Positions 1 through 12,000 of a stretch of DNA of 64,000 nt are shown piece after piece. The first letter of the stretch is position 1. The number at the start of each line of letters is the position of its first letter. Position numbers and translations under genes: made by a program. Origin of the DNA: Mobula hypostoma (lineage: Eukaryota); contig NC_086097.1 in the NCBI RefSeq assembly GCF_963921235.1, forward strand, positions 188,916,001 through 188,980,000, written 5' to 3'. A model generated the notes under the pieces. The model had not been told where the DNA came from and did not search any database. It saw nothing but the letters and a program-made list of their open reading frames with translations.

Positions 1-189
1 CCTATGATTGAGAAGCGTGGACTCCTTCCTGCGACTCGGCGCACAGCGACTAACAACTGTTATAACCTATAGATAAGAAACTGCAGTAATTGGTATTCAT
101 TAAAATAAAGAGAATGTTAATTAGGTTATAGGTTGGTCTAAACCGGCTGCTCCCCTCAAAACTAATTTGAGAATTGTTTGCCCGGTTAC

Positions 190-416
190 CTTGCTGTGAC
201 TTTCGGGTCAAACTTGGCTCGGTACTTTGCCACCTTGGTTTTACTTGCTCCTTCGGGACAACCAGCGTCGCTCTGCCCACTGCCCAGTCCCTTGGATTCC
301 GCTTTGTGTGGTCCGTCATCACACACCTTGGACTTGCAGTTTACCACCGTCTTCACAAAGTCCACATAGCAGTTCCTCGGCGACTCTGGCAGCACTTTAC
401 TCGTCCCGCAGCCCAT
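190..416 (-). CDS. PSKH2: First coding exon of PSKH-family Ser/Thr kinase (probably PSKH2); gene continues off the left edge
   Basis: ATG at 416 gives MGCGTSKVLPE...KVAKYRAKFDPKVTA-R, matching the PSKH N-terminus and the pre-kinase motif VAKYRAKFDPRVTA. Donor AG|GTAACC at 190/189 is phase 2, splitting the Arg just before the kinase domain. As I recall, human PSKH2 has an intron here and PSKH1 does not. Family call is strong; paralogue call is less so. Confidence 0.85.
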
Positions 417-665
417 CACTCGGACATTGTGGAATCAGCTTGCTGCATTTGATCACCGCAGACTGAGATCTCCTCCCTCCGATGAGCGAACACCAGGTAG
501 CGCCAGTCCTGCTCACCGCATCGCAACACTGCCGCCCTCAAGCGACCAGGCAAGCAAAGGGCACCAGTAATTCAGAAGATCACTTTCCTTCAAAATTGGC
601 TCAGCGTGGAATAAAGACCAGCCCACTACCCATAACACGTGAGGAGAAGTGCCCGATGATCTAAT
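417..665 (-). promoter_or_regulatory. CpG-rich 5' UTR / proximal promoter region of the PSKH gene
   Basis: Many CpGs across 1-660 against a CpG-poor background; E-box CACGTG at 636-641; directly upstream of the ATG. Confidence 0.5.
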
Positions 666-1438
666 AACAGATGAGGATATCACCGACAATAAACCCAAGT
701 GGATGTTACCAACAAAAGACCTGTCTGCATGTTTATGAAGGCATGACATCCTCACTTGGAATATAGCCCCTTGCCTTCAGGGTCGCTGGATCTAAATTCT
801 GCAACTCTCATCAGGGATGCTCAGTAAACTGGGTCACCAACATCCTTTCAAGGATTAACACATGCTGGCCTTGCAAATTGCACTCATTTCCAGCAAAATA
901 AACAAATAACAGTTAGTCCATCAAATACAATTTTTTCAGGTGGCATTAAACCATAATAATGCTTGTGATTGCAGAATTTTCTACTTTTAGTTCAATATTC
1001 TAGCATCTGGTGTACTTTGCTTTTGAGCAAATGGAAGAACTTGCTTCTGAAAAATTTGAGTAACACATCTGAAACCAAATTACATGGACTAACAACTCGA
1101 CCTCACCATAATTTCCACATCATTGGCATGTGTACAGATTGTCACTTCAGTGAGTTTTCTACATTTGGACCAACTCCTTAATTATGTTTAATGGCCAAGT
1201 ACACAAAGGAAAGAGAATGAGAAAATAAACTTTGATCATAATTACTGGAGTGGAAAGTGCTAAAGATTTCTGATTGTTTGCCCCACTGGGGGTATTCTGT
1301 TAACCAGCCCCTTCCCTGCAAGTTGGTTTTGATATTAAAAAGGATGAGAGGAGGGAGACAGTTTTCTGAAAAAAAGGGACATAATGTCAGTGAACCTGTG
1401 GTAATCTTATTAGTGTTTCTTAATTTCAATGGTGACCT

Positions 1439-1970
1439 GGTAGCGTAGTGGTCATTTATTTATTTGTTTATTGACGTGGAATAGGTCTTCTGAGCCATGA
1501 TATCTAACAATTCCCCAATTTTATTGCTAGCCACTGACCTACCAACTAGTAAGTCTTTGGAATGTGGGAGGAAACTGGGGCATCCGGAGGAAACCCACGT
1601 AGTCATGGGGAGAATGTACAAACTCTTTACAGGCAATGGTGGGAATTGAACCCTGGTCATCTGTACTATAAAGCCCTGTGCTAATTGCTACAGTACTGTG
1701 CCGCCCTGCTCAACAATTTACAGTACCAGCGACCAGGGTTGACCAGGGTTCAATTCCCACCACTGTCTGTGACGAATTTGTTGTCTTCCCATGGGTTTCC
1801 TCCTTGAGCTCAGGTATCTTCTCACAGTCCAAACACATACCAGTCGTTAGGTTAATTGGTCATTGTAAATTCCCTGTGATTAGGTTAGGGTTAAATTGGG
1901 GGTTGCAGGGCGACATGGGTCGAAGGCCTGAAATGGCCTGTTCTGCGCTGTATCTCAAGAAATAAAAAAA
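1439..1970 (+). mobile_element. tRNA-derived V-SINE (HE1-like), interrupted by an antisense copy
   Basis: A-box-like GGTAGCGTAGTGGT at about 1439; resumes near 1707 with B-box GGGTTCAATTCCC, V-domain-like TGGGTTTCCTCC...CAGTCCAAA and an A-rich end. Confidence 0.7.
1455..1705 (-). mobile_element. V-SINE (HE1-like), antisense
   Basis: Plus strand reads GTGGGAGGAAACTGGGGCATCCGGAGGAAACCCACG (reverse of V-domain) and GGGAATTGAACCC (reverse B-box). Confidence 0.75.
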
Positions 1971-3054
1971 ATGAAGAAAAATCCCAACAACATTACATTA
2001 AAAGTACCATTTTAATATATTAACGGGTTGACTTGCTTGATTTAAATTGGGATCTATTGCCATCTAGTGACCAACTTTATTAGTTCGATAGGTAGTAGGA
2101 GTAAAGCAGTAGGTAAATCCAAATTTTAAAAACTTAATTAGGTCAAACTAATTTTGTTGGATTTGGTTGTGACTTTTGTGGAGATATTCTGAGGAAAATG
2201 CTAGTGAAAATGCAATGAAACTAATTTACAGAAATGTAGGAGCACAGAATATTGAATAGTCCATTCTTCCCCACCCATCATGTTCAACAATAATTTGAGC
2301 TAACTGGTATTTGAACTAATTCCATTGCATTTGTCCCTTGTCACCCAACAAATTTGATCAACAAAACTTTAGCAATCTTAGATGAAAAATTGTTTGTTTC
2401 TTTTGATGGGGTAGCGGTCTCCCATAACCCTGTACAAGTAGAAATTTGCCCAAACTTCACTCCTGAATGAGCTGAGTTCAACTTTCAGAAGTCATTTCCA
2501 CATCCTTTATTTAGCAACTGTTGGAATAGTTTCTATCTATCTACTCTATAAGTTACTTTTAATATCTCACACTGCACAACCTGTCATTGTTGTTAAATTC
2601 ATGAAGTCCAAGAGTTACATGGGTAAATCTTTCTTCATAGTTCTCCAAAGACGCAGTATATATCGTTCTTCACAATTGTCCTAACCTAGGCTTGGTATGA
2701 TTGGAACATACTTTTGATTCCTTTGCATTTTAGTCATTTGGCCATTATAGGCCAGTATTCCACAAGTATCTGACAATGAATCTTGAATCTGACGTATTAA
2801 TTCTACTTCTCTTCCCAGTGATGCTGCCTGACTTGAGTGTTTCCAATATTATTGTTTGTTTTGAAATTTCCATATCACATAAGCTTTTGTGATTATTTTC
2901 TGTATTTATCTGAGGCATTTAATAATCCATGTATCATTTCTAGCTTTTCATATTTTTGTATGTATACAATTCTGTACTTATTTGAGTCATACCTTCACTT
3001 AATCTATTATTGAAGATGTCACAGCAATCCACTGCAACCAAGGAAGATCCCAGT

Positions 3055-3220
3055 TTGTTCTTTTGAAGATGTCCTTGACGCTGGGGAGGCTAGTGCCCAT
3101 GATGGAGCTGACTAAGCTTACAACTTTCTGTAGCTCTTTCCAGTCCTGTACAGTGGCTCCGCCATACCATATGGTGATGCAACCCGTTAGCATGTTCTCC
3201 ATGGTACATCTGTAGAAATT
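3055..3220 (-). mobile_element. Rex1/Babar LINE fragment
   Basis: ENMLTGCITIWYGGATVQDWKELQKVV, typical Rex1 post-RT region. Confidence 0.8.
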
Positions 3221-3566
3221 CTGGTACTTGCTTGACTTTCATATATGCACTCAGCTTCTGTGATTGGAGAGTGCACGGCTATAGAAAGCAAAGGAGTGAA
3301 GTGTAGCCCTTGCCCCTGGAACCCAGGCAACTCATTGTGCTGCAGTGTTTTCTCTTGAGGATGACAGTGTTACATGCGTTCTCTTGTAACCTAGACCTGA
3401 TCATGAGGTGACTCTTCTAAAGATTCACCACCACCTTTACATTGAGACTTTCTCCATTGGTGAAGAGGTCTGCAGAATTAGTTGAGGCCATATATAGTGT
3501 ACCAGACCTGATTTAGTATTGTTTCAAATTTTTCTGCTTAGGGAAGCAGAAGATATTACTGACTGG

Positions 3567-3913
3567 TTGTTAGTTATGTTTAGGGCAGCAGTGAAGTTCT
3601 TCTATCTCTGTCTGTCCTTGGCCATCTTCTCTATTGTGCCTTGGTGTGGCTCAGGGACCTCACACACACAGATGTAGAAAGATACTTCATTGCTGTTTCT
3701 GTAACTCTTTTTTCCTGACCAGTCAGGGTTGTTAGCCCTGAGCTGAATCTCCAAACCTGGAGGACCAGTGGACCAATATTAGCCTGGCCTCTGCCCTTTT
3801 ACCTGTTTGGCATGGGTGACCCTACCAAGAGCCAAAGCACAAGGCCCTGATTCCAGCTCTCTGAGAAATGCAAGCCTCCAAACCCTATAGCAAAGTTGTG
3901 GTCTCCTTGGAGG
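3567..3913 (-). mobile_element. Short non-autonomous RTE-derived element
   Basis: Minus strand joins an RTE-like 5' UTR (GGTCCTCCAGGTT...GGGCTAACAACCC) to a C-terminal remnant IEKMAKDRQR*KNFTAAL; TGACTGG on both flanks as a probable TSD. Confidence 0.6.
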
Positions 3914-3989
3914 TGACTGGCAGTTGAAGCCAACTAAACACTGAATAAATAATAGAAAACCTTTTCCTCCTGGCTACAACATTTCCTAA

Positions 3990-4115
3990 GCAGACCACTA
4001 CAATCTGTACGGATTGGAAACGATATCTCCACCTCACTGACAATCAATACCAGTGCACCCCAGGGATGTGTACTTAGCCCACTGCTCTAATGTCTCTACA
4101 CCCATGTCTGTGTAT
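3990..4115 (+). mobile_element. Rex1/Babar RT fragment
   Basis: Translates SVRIGNDISTSLTINTSAPQGCVLSPLL. Confidence 0.75.
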
Positions 4116-4404
4116 CAACCTACCTTTGTAAATTCCAGGAAAGTAGGGTACAGCTTTGTATGTTTGGGACATTGGACAGGAATTTCTAAAATGTCTTTCA
4201 CCTGGACACTTCTGTTTCATCGCTCAGAAGATTTTTTAAAATGATAGTGAGTTATTAATAATAACACAACGGGGTGACCCACTGGGGCACCCTTTGAAAG
4301 AAGGGTAGTGCAGTCTGATGTGACCAGAATGAACATTAAATGTTCCTGATTGCTATTGGTATTGCTTTGCTTTAGAAACTGAAGTAGAAAACCTCAGTTT
4401 ATTA

Positions 4405-5046
4405 AAGAAGAACACCGCGTAGCAAAGCAAATATAGCTCCTTTTTTAACGAAGGAACCCGGATGCAAGATTGGATCACTCTAACCACATGGAGAGTCGAG
4501 AGCGGCTTCTGGCTGAGTGGCAAAATATAGGCCCATAACAAATCTAGGCCCGGAGTGTTACGCTGTTGCGGGGCTTGGGTCCTAATGCAAAGCTCGTCAA
4601 ACTGTCCGCTATTTAGACACCGGCCCATATAGACTGGAAAGGCAGGGTGTTGGGACAGGAGTTGAGAGTCAGGCCGATTTCGCTTGCTCTCCAGTGATGT
4701 TCACTGCTTTCTCTGTGAGACTACCCCGGTTGCTGTGCTTCATCTCTGTGAGCTTTGCAGTGATTTGCCCAGTTAATATGATGAACTGAGACTGAGGCTT
4801 GGGCCTACTCCATGTTCCTCCGACAATTTGGATCTAAGGACTCAATCTGGTTTAGATGCTGTGCTCATTTCTATTGTTTGCACAATTTGTGTTTTTTTCT
4901 CTCTCTCTGCGCGTTGGGTGTTGCTCTTTATTTTTTTTAAATTGGGTTTTTTCAGGTTTCCTGCTTTGTGGCTGCCTGTACACAGTCAAATCTCAAGGTT
5001 GTATAATTTATACATTTTTAATAAGAAATGTACTTTGAATCTTTGA
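4405..5046 (+). mobile_element. Probable non-autonomous retroelement with Rex1-like 3' tail
   Basis: CpG-rich non-coding body ending TACTTTGAATCTTTGA, the same CTTTGA(A) tail as the Rex1 copies at 48590 and 30470. Confidence 0.45.
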
Positions 5047-7314
5047 GATAGAATACTGAGAATCATGGTATTTTTCCTGCACCAGTATGGTTTAGTTTAT
5101 TAGACCACCCACTCTATTTGTCAGTTATTTTGGAAGTTTCTGCAATGTTAGCTTGGAAATAGATTTTCTGCGGCAATCTTAAAAGTATCATTGTAACTTA
5201 TTTACCAGTACATTGCAGAAGGATTCAGTAACAGAGACAGAAACCACGCAGTTCCATCTGCATGAATCACTCCTGGGAAGGTTAAGACATCTGCTGCAAT
5301 GAAGCTGTCTTGTAACCGCAATGCACTTCAACAGACAGCTGACTAGACTTGTGAAGGGTGGTGCCTCCTGTTAGCTTCTGTAATTCACAGCCCTTTCCTG
5401 TGGAAAGCAGCTTATGATATGCTCATGATAAAGCTCCCTTTTATATTTGCTCTGTTCTTAGTTGCATCAGAATTTCTAGGGAACTATCTACAAAGGCAAA
5501 AGGTCAGCTTGGGGTTGCCAAGGTTGGAAATGGACTAACTAGGAACACTGGAGATATGAGGGGGTAATGATATAGGATTTGAGGGTGACTGAAAAAAGAG
5601 GCCTGAGTTTTCAAATTAAATCCATAAGGAGGCTAAAACTTGAAATCTCACCCCTGCTAATCTGTAATTTAACCTTTGTAATTAAAATGATGAATTTAAA
5701 ATAAGCATCTTCTTGCTTTAAATTCTTTTATGTCCTTGTCAAGTTCTCGTAAAGTAACCTCCACCTTTTTTGCCTCTTCCTTCCCACTGTGACCCTTTGT
5801 GGATCCCCAGTTGTGAGAAATACTATCAGCCGATTGTATTATTCTTTCTTCCCTTAATAAGCACTTAGGCCATACCTACTTGATCAAAGTTTTGATCATT
5901 GATTTCTGTTAGCTCCTCCTTTAGCAACCATTTTATTAGCAGTCTTTTTATGCTGCTGTTCTACAATTCTATTGTTCTCCAACTGCTTATACTGCTGTTT
6001 TCTCTCTATGTTCTTTGCCAACTGACAGAACGCACACAGGTCGTGGATGCAGGAATACACATAAAGCTGGACAGGAACCAGAAATATCTTGTAAGGGATT
6101 AGGGACAAATAGATTATAGAAATTTTAGTTTATTATTTCTTTATGGAAGGCACTGTGAGGTAAATGAGTGCTGGAGAAAACAAACCTTTATCATCTTTGA
6201 AGCCAAACTCAGCATCAATATGGTCAAATAAATACTACCTGAGGCAATGAATAAAGCTCTTTCTCTGCAGTCAGCCAAGAACAACACTCTGGTTTTCTCG
6301 AGTTGACGTTGCTAAAAGAATCTATTTTTCCACAGTCTTCAAAGCTCTGAAGTTCTGAAAAGTTTAGTGCAGGGCATTGGGAGTAATGGGGGAGAAGGGC
6401 ACAGAGGGGAAAATGAAAGGTGGAGGAAATGACAATTTGTTTAGAGGTATTGAATGTAACTTTTCTACAAATGTCCACCATGGGGTGCCCAAAATGCCAT
6501 CCAGTAATTCAGCCCTCAAAGTTCTGGCAAATCAGTTTTATTTGCACTTGAGATTCTTATTTTCTGATTGCTGCTTCAGGCCTAAAGCTTTGCATGGGGA
6601 TGTATTTCATAGCATGCCTTCATTAATGATTCAGTCTTAAATTAGAACATCAGTTGATGTCAACTGCATCAACAGCCTGGACTCCAGCCGCTAGGAATGT
6701 TGATTAAACCTCTAACATGCCCCGTGAGCACTCATGGGACAGGGACGCTGAGCACAATAATCCAGATATGCAGACCTCCACAATCCTTGCAGAGTACCAT
6801 TGTCATGGTGACTGAACCCAGGCGTGGAGCAATGACAAACAAGTGTATTCATTGGAACTCCAACTAAACTTCGGTGGCATGACCGAGCAATGCCGTGAGA
6901 CGAATCAAGCTCGAAACACATACAAGGACCCTGCAATAAGCGCTAAGTGAGAGTCCACTTTAAATAATCACAGCAGGCCGAAGACCCATGCCAGTCAAAA
7001 TAAACTCACTAAGATTAAACAGAAAGCACAAGGGCTTTAACGACTCCAGATAAAATGACAATTAACAAATACAGGTGCAAGGCTGGCAGGGCTGATGACA
7101 ACAGGCTAGACTTAGGAGATTTTTCATGTATCTCACAAATAGTTCATGGCATTGTATTCTTGTTCTTAGGCCTTCACCTTCTCCCACTTTGGGGAAAACT
7201 GCATTTCTTCAAACCCATAGAGAAGTTGTAATGGTGATGTGGGGAGTGACTCACCGATGAAGTGCTTAGCAAACTGTTAAATTGTAGAGGCGGACCAGTG
7301 AACGTATGGACTTT

Positions 7315-7890
7315 TAGAGTTATAGAAAGATTACAGCACAGAAAGCCATTCAATCCATCAAATCCTTATTGGCACTCTATTTTCACCCCACTCACCAAAC
7401 CCTTCCCTAAAACCTTGCAATTAGTCTAATTCCCTTTTGAAGATGTAATGGAAAATGCCTCCACCACAACTACAGACAGCACATTCCAGATTTTAACCAT
7501 ATGATAAGTAAAAATGTTTTCTTCATGTCAGTTTTATTTATCTTCCCCTTTAATTTATACCTGTGAACTCCTGTACTCAAACCATCAATAAAGGGAAACA
7601 AACCCACCCCCCACCAGCCACTGTCTAGAATCCCACATTATTTGATGTACTTTTATCAGATCTCCCCCTCAGTCTCCTCTAAAGAAAACAATTTCAACTT
7701 CTCAAATTTATCCTTGAAACTGTTGTCCCTCATGCAAACAACTATTCCCATAAATCTTCTGTAGACCCTCTCTGATGCTTTCACGTCCCACCTGCAATAA
7801 TAAGACAGCCAGATTGAACATAGTACTCCACCCGAGGTCAGTTCAATATTTTATAAAGGTTCAGCATGAGCTCCCTGTGTTATACTCAAT
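7315..7890 (-). mobile_element. Old CR1 3' fragment
   Basis: Degenerate similarity to the antisense CR1 3' end at 54170-54690 (GCCTCCACCA...GCACATTCCA, AGATCTCCCCCTCAGTCT, ACATAGTACTCCA). Confidence 0.55.
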
Positions 7891-9083
7891 GCTAAATCCT
7901 ACCAGTGGTTGCAGCTAGTGAGCAGCCTGTCGAAGCTGCATAAAACATTCTTTGTGCACACACTTAATTGCTTTTAATGTATGGGAATTCATTAATAAAT
8001 CATAGGAATTGAGAATGGAAGCAATCCATTCAGTCTTTGGAAATATTAGAAATGATAGCTCAGTCATGCTGAAGCAGTTCCCTTGAAATTATTTCTTTAT
8101 TTGCTGAAAGGGTATTTTGACTTCTCTAAATGGTTTGTCTCCTACTCAGGAAGAATATTACCTTAGCTGTTTTTTTTTGAAAAAGCTGTCACCAAAATAC
8201 ATTTGCTTCAGATTTCAACCAATGAAACAACTTACTTTTCACTGTATAAAAACAAAAACAAAGTTCGAAATAATTAGCAAGGCAGGCAGACCCATGGAAA
8301 GAAAACCACAGGTTTTCTGAGACTCTTTATCAGTTTTGGAGGTCTTGGATCTGAAACATTAATGATTTCCAGAGATGCTAGAATAGCTTATAGAGTTCAG
8401 TAAGAACGTAATCACTAAAATCTGCCATCTTAAAATTTGTCCCTCCTGCTGGTGCATTTAGCCATTGAACACAGTGCTTTGTGTTAAATATGACACAATC
8501 AAATAACTAGCAAGCAGTGCAACATGGGCAAGTTGCCTGCATCAGTGTCAGTGGGCAAATGTCAACACCACATCAGAGTCCTGCTTTTGTACAGGAGTGC
8601 AGGGGGTGAAATGTTTTCAATGCTTAGGTTTAAGTAGAAAGGTTTCTGAAATATCTGCATTTGTAGGTGGTCAGATTTATAACCCTACCTCTTTATATTG
8701 TAAAAGGAAGTAGTAATCTTGAAAGAAGATTGTAAATAAGCTTGTAATTTGCCTTGCAAGTAGAAAATTTACATCACAAAATACTCCTGTTTGCATCATG
8801 AAACATTACAATATTTTGTGTGTAATATTTTGATACTGAGTTGCTGTCTATAGTTTTGTCCAGAAAGTCTGTAGTTTTCCTTTTAAAAGAATGTTCCAAC
8901 AAATTGTTGGGATTATGAAAGCAGGTTTCACAAATCAGTGGATGAAAATTTTGTTGCTTATTCTACAGAACTATAAATAGGCTGTTAAGGTCCAGCAATG
9001 ATAATTTCAGTCACCTGTGCACATGTACTTAATTTTCCGCAGTTTCTGACTCAACAGGCATGATTAACATTACGACATTAGCC

Positions 9084-12000
9084 TGTTACAACACGCACCT
9101 GATTGCAGCAACCTGTGGGGTTTAGACACTCGAACTCTCTGGGATATGGATAGCTTGTGCAGCCCCTTTAAAGATACAGGCCCATCACTCTAACTGGCAG
9201 CTGTGTTTCCGCAGCAGAATTTTAATATTTAAGGAGTACCTGAAGTGTGGTTGGGTCAGCTTAACTTGGGGTGCTTGTCTAGTTTAGCTAGAGGATCTCT
9301 AGTTCAGGAGTGAGCCAAGGAGATGCTGAAGCAGTCTGGAGCTCTACTGGCCAAGTCTTAAGGATCCAGTAACCAGGTCTCATCTAAGGGAAAGGCTCCA
9401 AATGTAAATCCTTGGAGCCTAGTCCCAGTAGCACAAAGACCATTTGTAGCGCCTCATTGCCATTGTTTGCAGATGTGGATGAGGATTTGGATTCTGATTT
9501 GGTCTCAGTTTCAACTAAAGATTCTGCTGAACCTATGGAGGAGACTCAGATTTGCTGAATCTCCCCCGCTACCAAAGGAGCCTTAGGAGTCATCCTTGGA
9601 GGGAGGTTCAGTGGTAGCTGCAACACCCAAATGGGTCAAAAATCCCTTCCATCTGCAAGAATTTGGAAAACGTCTTCAGCAAGGGAAGGCCTCGACTCTT
9701 CCACTGCATCATCCCTACGACTGTGCTATAGATCTACTGCCTGGTACTTGTCCTCCGCGAGGTCAATTATATGTGGTCTCAGGATTGGAGAGACGTGCTA
9801 TGGAGGAATACATAAAGGAGGCTCTTGCAATGGAATTCATTTGGCCCTCCAGCTCTCCAGCCAGTGCTGGCTTCTTCTTTGTCCAGGAGCCTGCAGATAT
9901 GCATTCATAATAGAGGGCTGAATTGAATATGGGCCAAAAATCATTACCCCACCCCCCTTCCACTCATGAACACTGCCTTCGAGATTCTCCAAAGGGCAAG
10001 AGTATTCTTGAAGCTAGACTTGTGGAGTGCATACAATCTGGTCCAAAAAAAGGAAGAGGATGAGAGGAAGATTGTATTCAACATACTGACAGGGCTCTAT
10101 GAGTACCTGGTCAGATCACTGGGTCTTGCAAACACGCCAGCAGTTTTTCAGGCCTTTATAAATTACGTGCTCCAGGGAGCTCTCCACAAGTACATCTTAG
10201 TCTACTTGGATGATATACCAATCTTCTTGAAGTCCATGGATGAGCACATTGCTCACGTCAGAGATATCTTAAGGAGGCTTCTAGATCATGTACTTTATGT
10301 CAAGCTGGAGAAATCCAAGTTTCACGTAACCACCATTTCATTTCTCATCTCTAATGGCAACCTCAAGATGAACCCTACTAGGTCACAGGGAATGAGAGAT
10401 TGGCCACAACCATCCAATATGAAACAAGTCCAACGATTCCTGGGATTTTACAGAAAATTCATCAGGAATTTCAGCTCAGTAGTGGTGCCACTGACAGCAC
10501 TAACTAAGAGACTAAGAGATTCACCGGCTCTTTTATCTGCACTACTGAAGCTTTTGCAGAGCTTAAACAGTGGTCCTCGACAGCTCTCATTTTGGTTTCA
10601 CCTAACTGGACCTTCCCATCATCGTGGAGGTGAATGTCTCGGACGTTGGAATGGATGCAGTGTTGTCTCAACAGACATCTTTGGACAGTTAACTGCACCC
10701 ATGTGCATTCCTCTTCAGCCAGCTATCCCTGGCAGGGGAGAACTATGGCATCGGAAATAGAGAACTACTTGCAGTTAGGTTGGCTTTGGAGGAATGGCAG
10801 CACTGGATTGAGGGGCTCAAGAACCACATGAACCCGGCTTGTCTTCAGGAGAGCAGATGACTGAATTCCAGTCAGGCCAGATGGTCTCTTTTCTTTAACT
10901 GCTTCAATTTCATCCTGACCTATCGACTGGAGACAAAGAATCAGAAACCAGATATCTTGTGTTGTCGGCTCAACGAACCTGAATCAGAATCAGGTTTATT
11001 ATCACTGGCATGTATCATGAAATGTGTTAACTTAGCGGCAGCAGTTCAATGCAATACATAATATAGAAGAAAAAAATAAAATAATAATAAAAAATAAGTA
11101 AATCAATTATGGTATATGGATATTGAATAGATTAAAAATTGTGCAAAAGCCGGAAATAATATATATTAAAAAAGTGAGGTAGTGTCCATGGGTTCAATGT
11201 CCATTTAGGAATTGAATGGCAGAGGAGAAGAAGCTCTTCCTGAATCGCTGAGTGCGTGCCTTCAGGCTTCTGTACCTCCTACCTGATGGTAACAGTGAGA
11301 AAAGGGCATGCGCTGGGTGCTGGAGGTCCTAAGTAATGAATGCTGCCTTTCTGAGACACCGCTCCTTGAATATGTCCTGAGTACTTTGTAGGCTAGCATC
11401 CAAGATGGAGCCGACTAAATTTACAAACCTCTGCAGCTTCTTTCAGTCCTGTGAGGTAGCTCCCCCCACCCCCCCATACGAGACAGTGATGCAGCCTGTC
11501 AGAATTTTCTCCACGGTACATCTGTAGAGGTTTTTGAGTGTATTTGTTGGCATACCAAATCTCTTCAAACTCCTAATGACGTATAGTCTACCACTATTTT
11601 GCCCCAAGCTAAGATGATAGTGCCAATTCATTGAGGAATCGACTCACTTGTTCACAAGGCCCAGGAACAAGGGGAGATTCCCAAGAACAGTCCTCCGGAT
11701 TGTCAGTTTGTCCCAAGTTCCATCAGCTCTCAAGTACTTCAATGGGGACACGCATCAAGAATGACCGCCCATCCAGGAATTGCCAAGACCCTCGAGTTCA
11801 TTACAAGAAGATACTGGTGGCCTGGAATGACGTTAGATGTCTGATAATACATGTAGGCTTGCGAGGTGTGTGCCCAGAACAAGGACCCCATACCCCAAAC
11901 TCAAAGGCTTCTTCACCCTCTACCTGTTCCCGACAGACCATGGGCATATATCTCCATCGACTTTATCACGGGTCTTCCAATTTCCAAGGAAAAGGCCGTC

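Noticed and set aside
3700..3800. HDV-like ribozyme in the RTE-derived element (GCTAA motif)
   Set aside because: No P2 partner in the required order; better explained as the usual RTE 5' UTR hairpin.
6670..7100. Possible solo LTR (GC-richer block)
   Set aside because: Could not identify TG...CA ends or a TSD.
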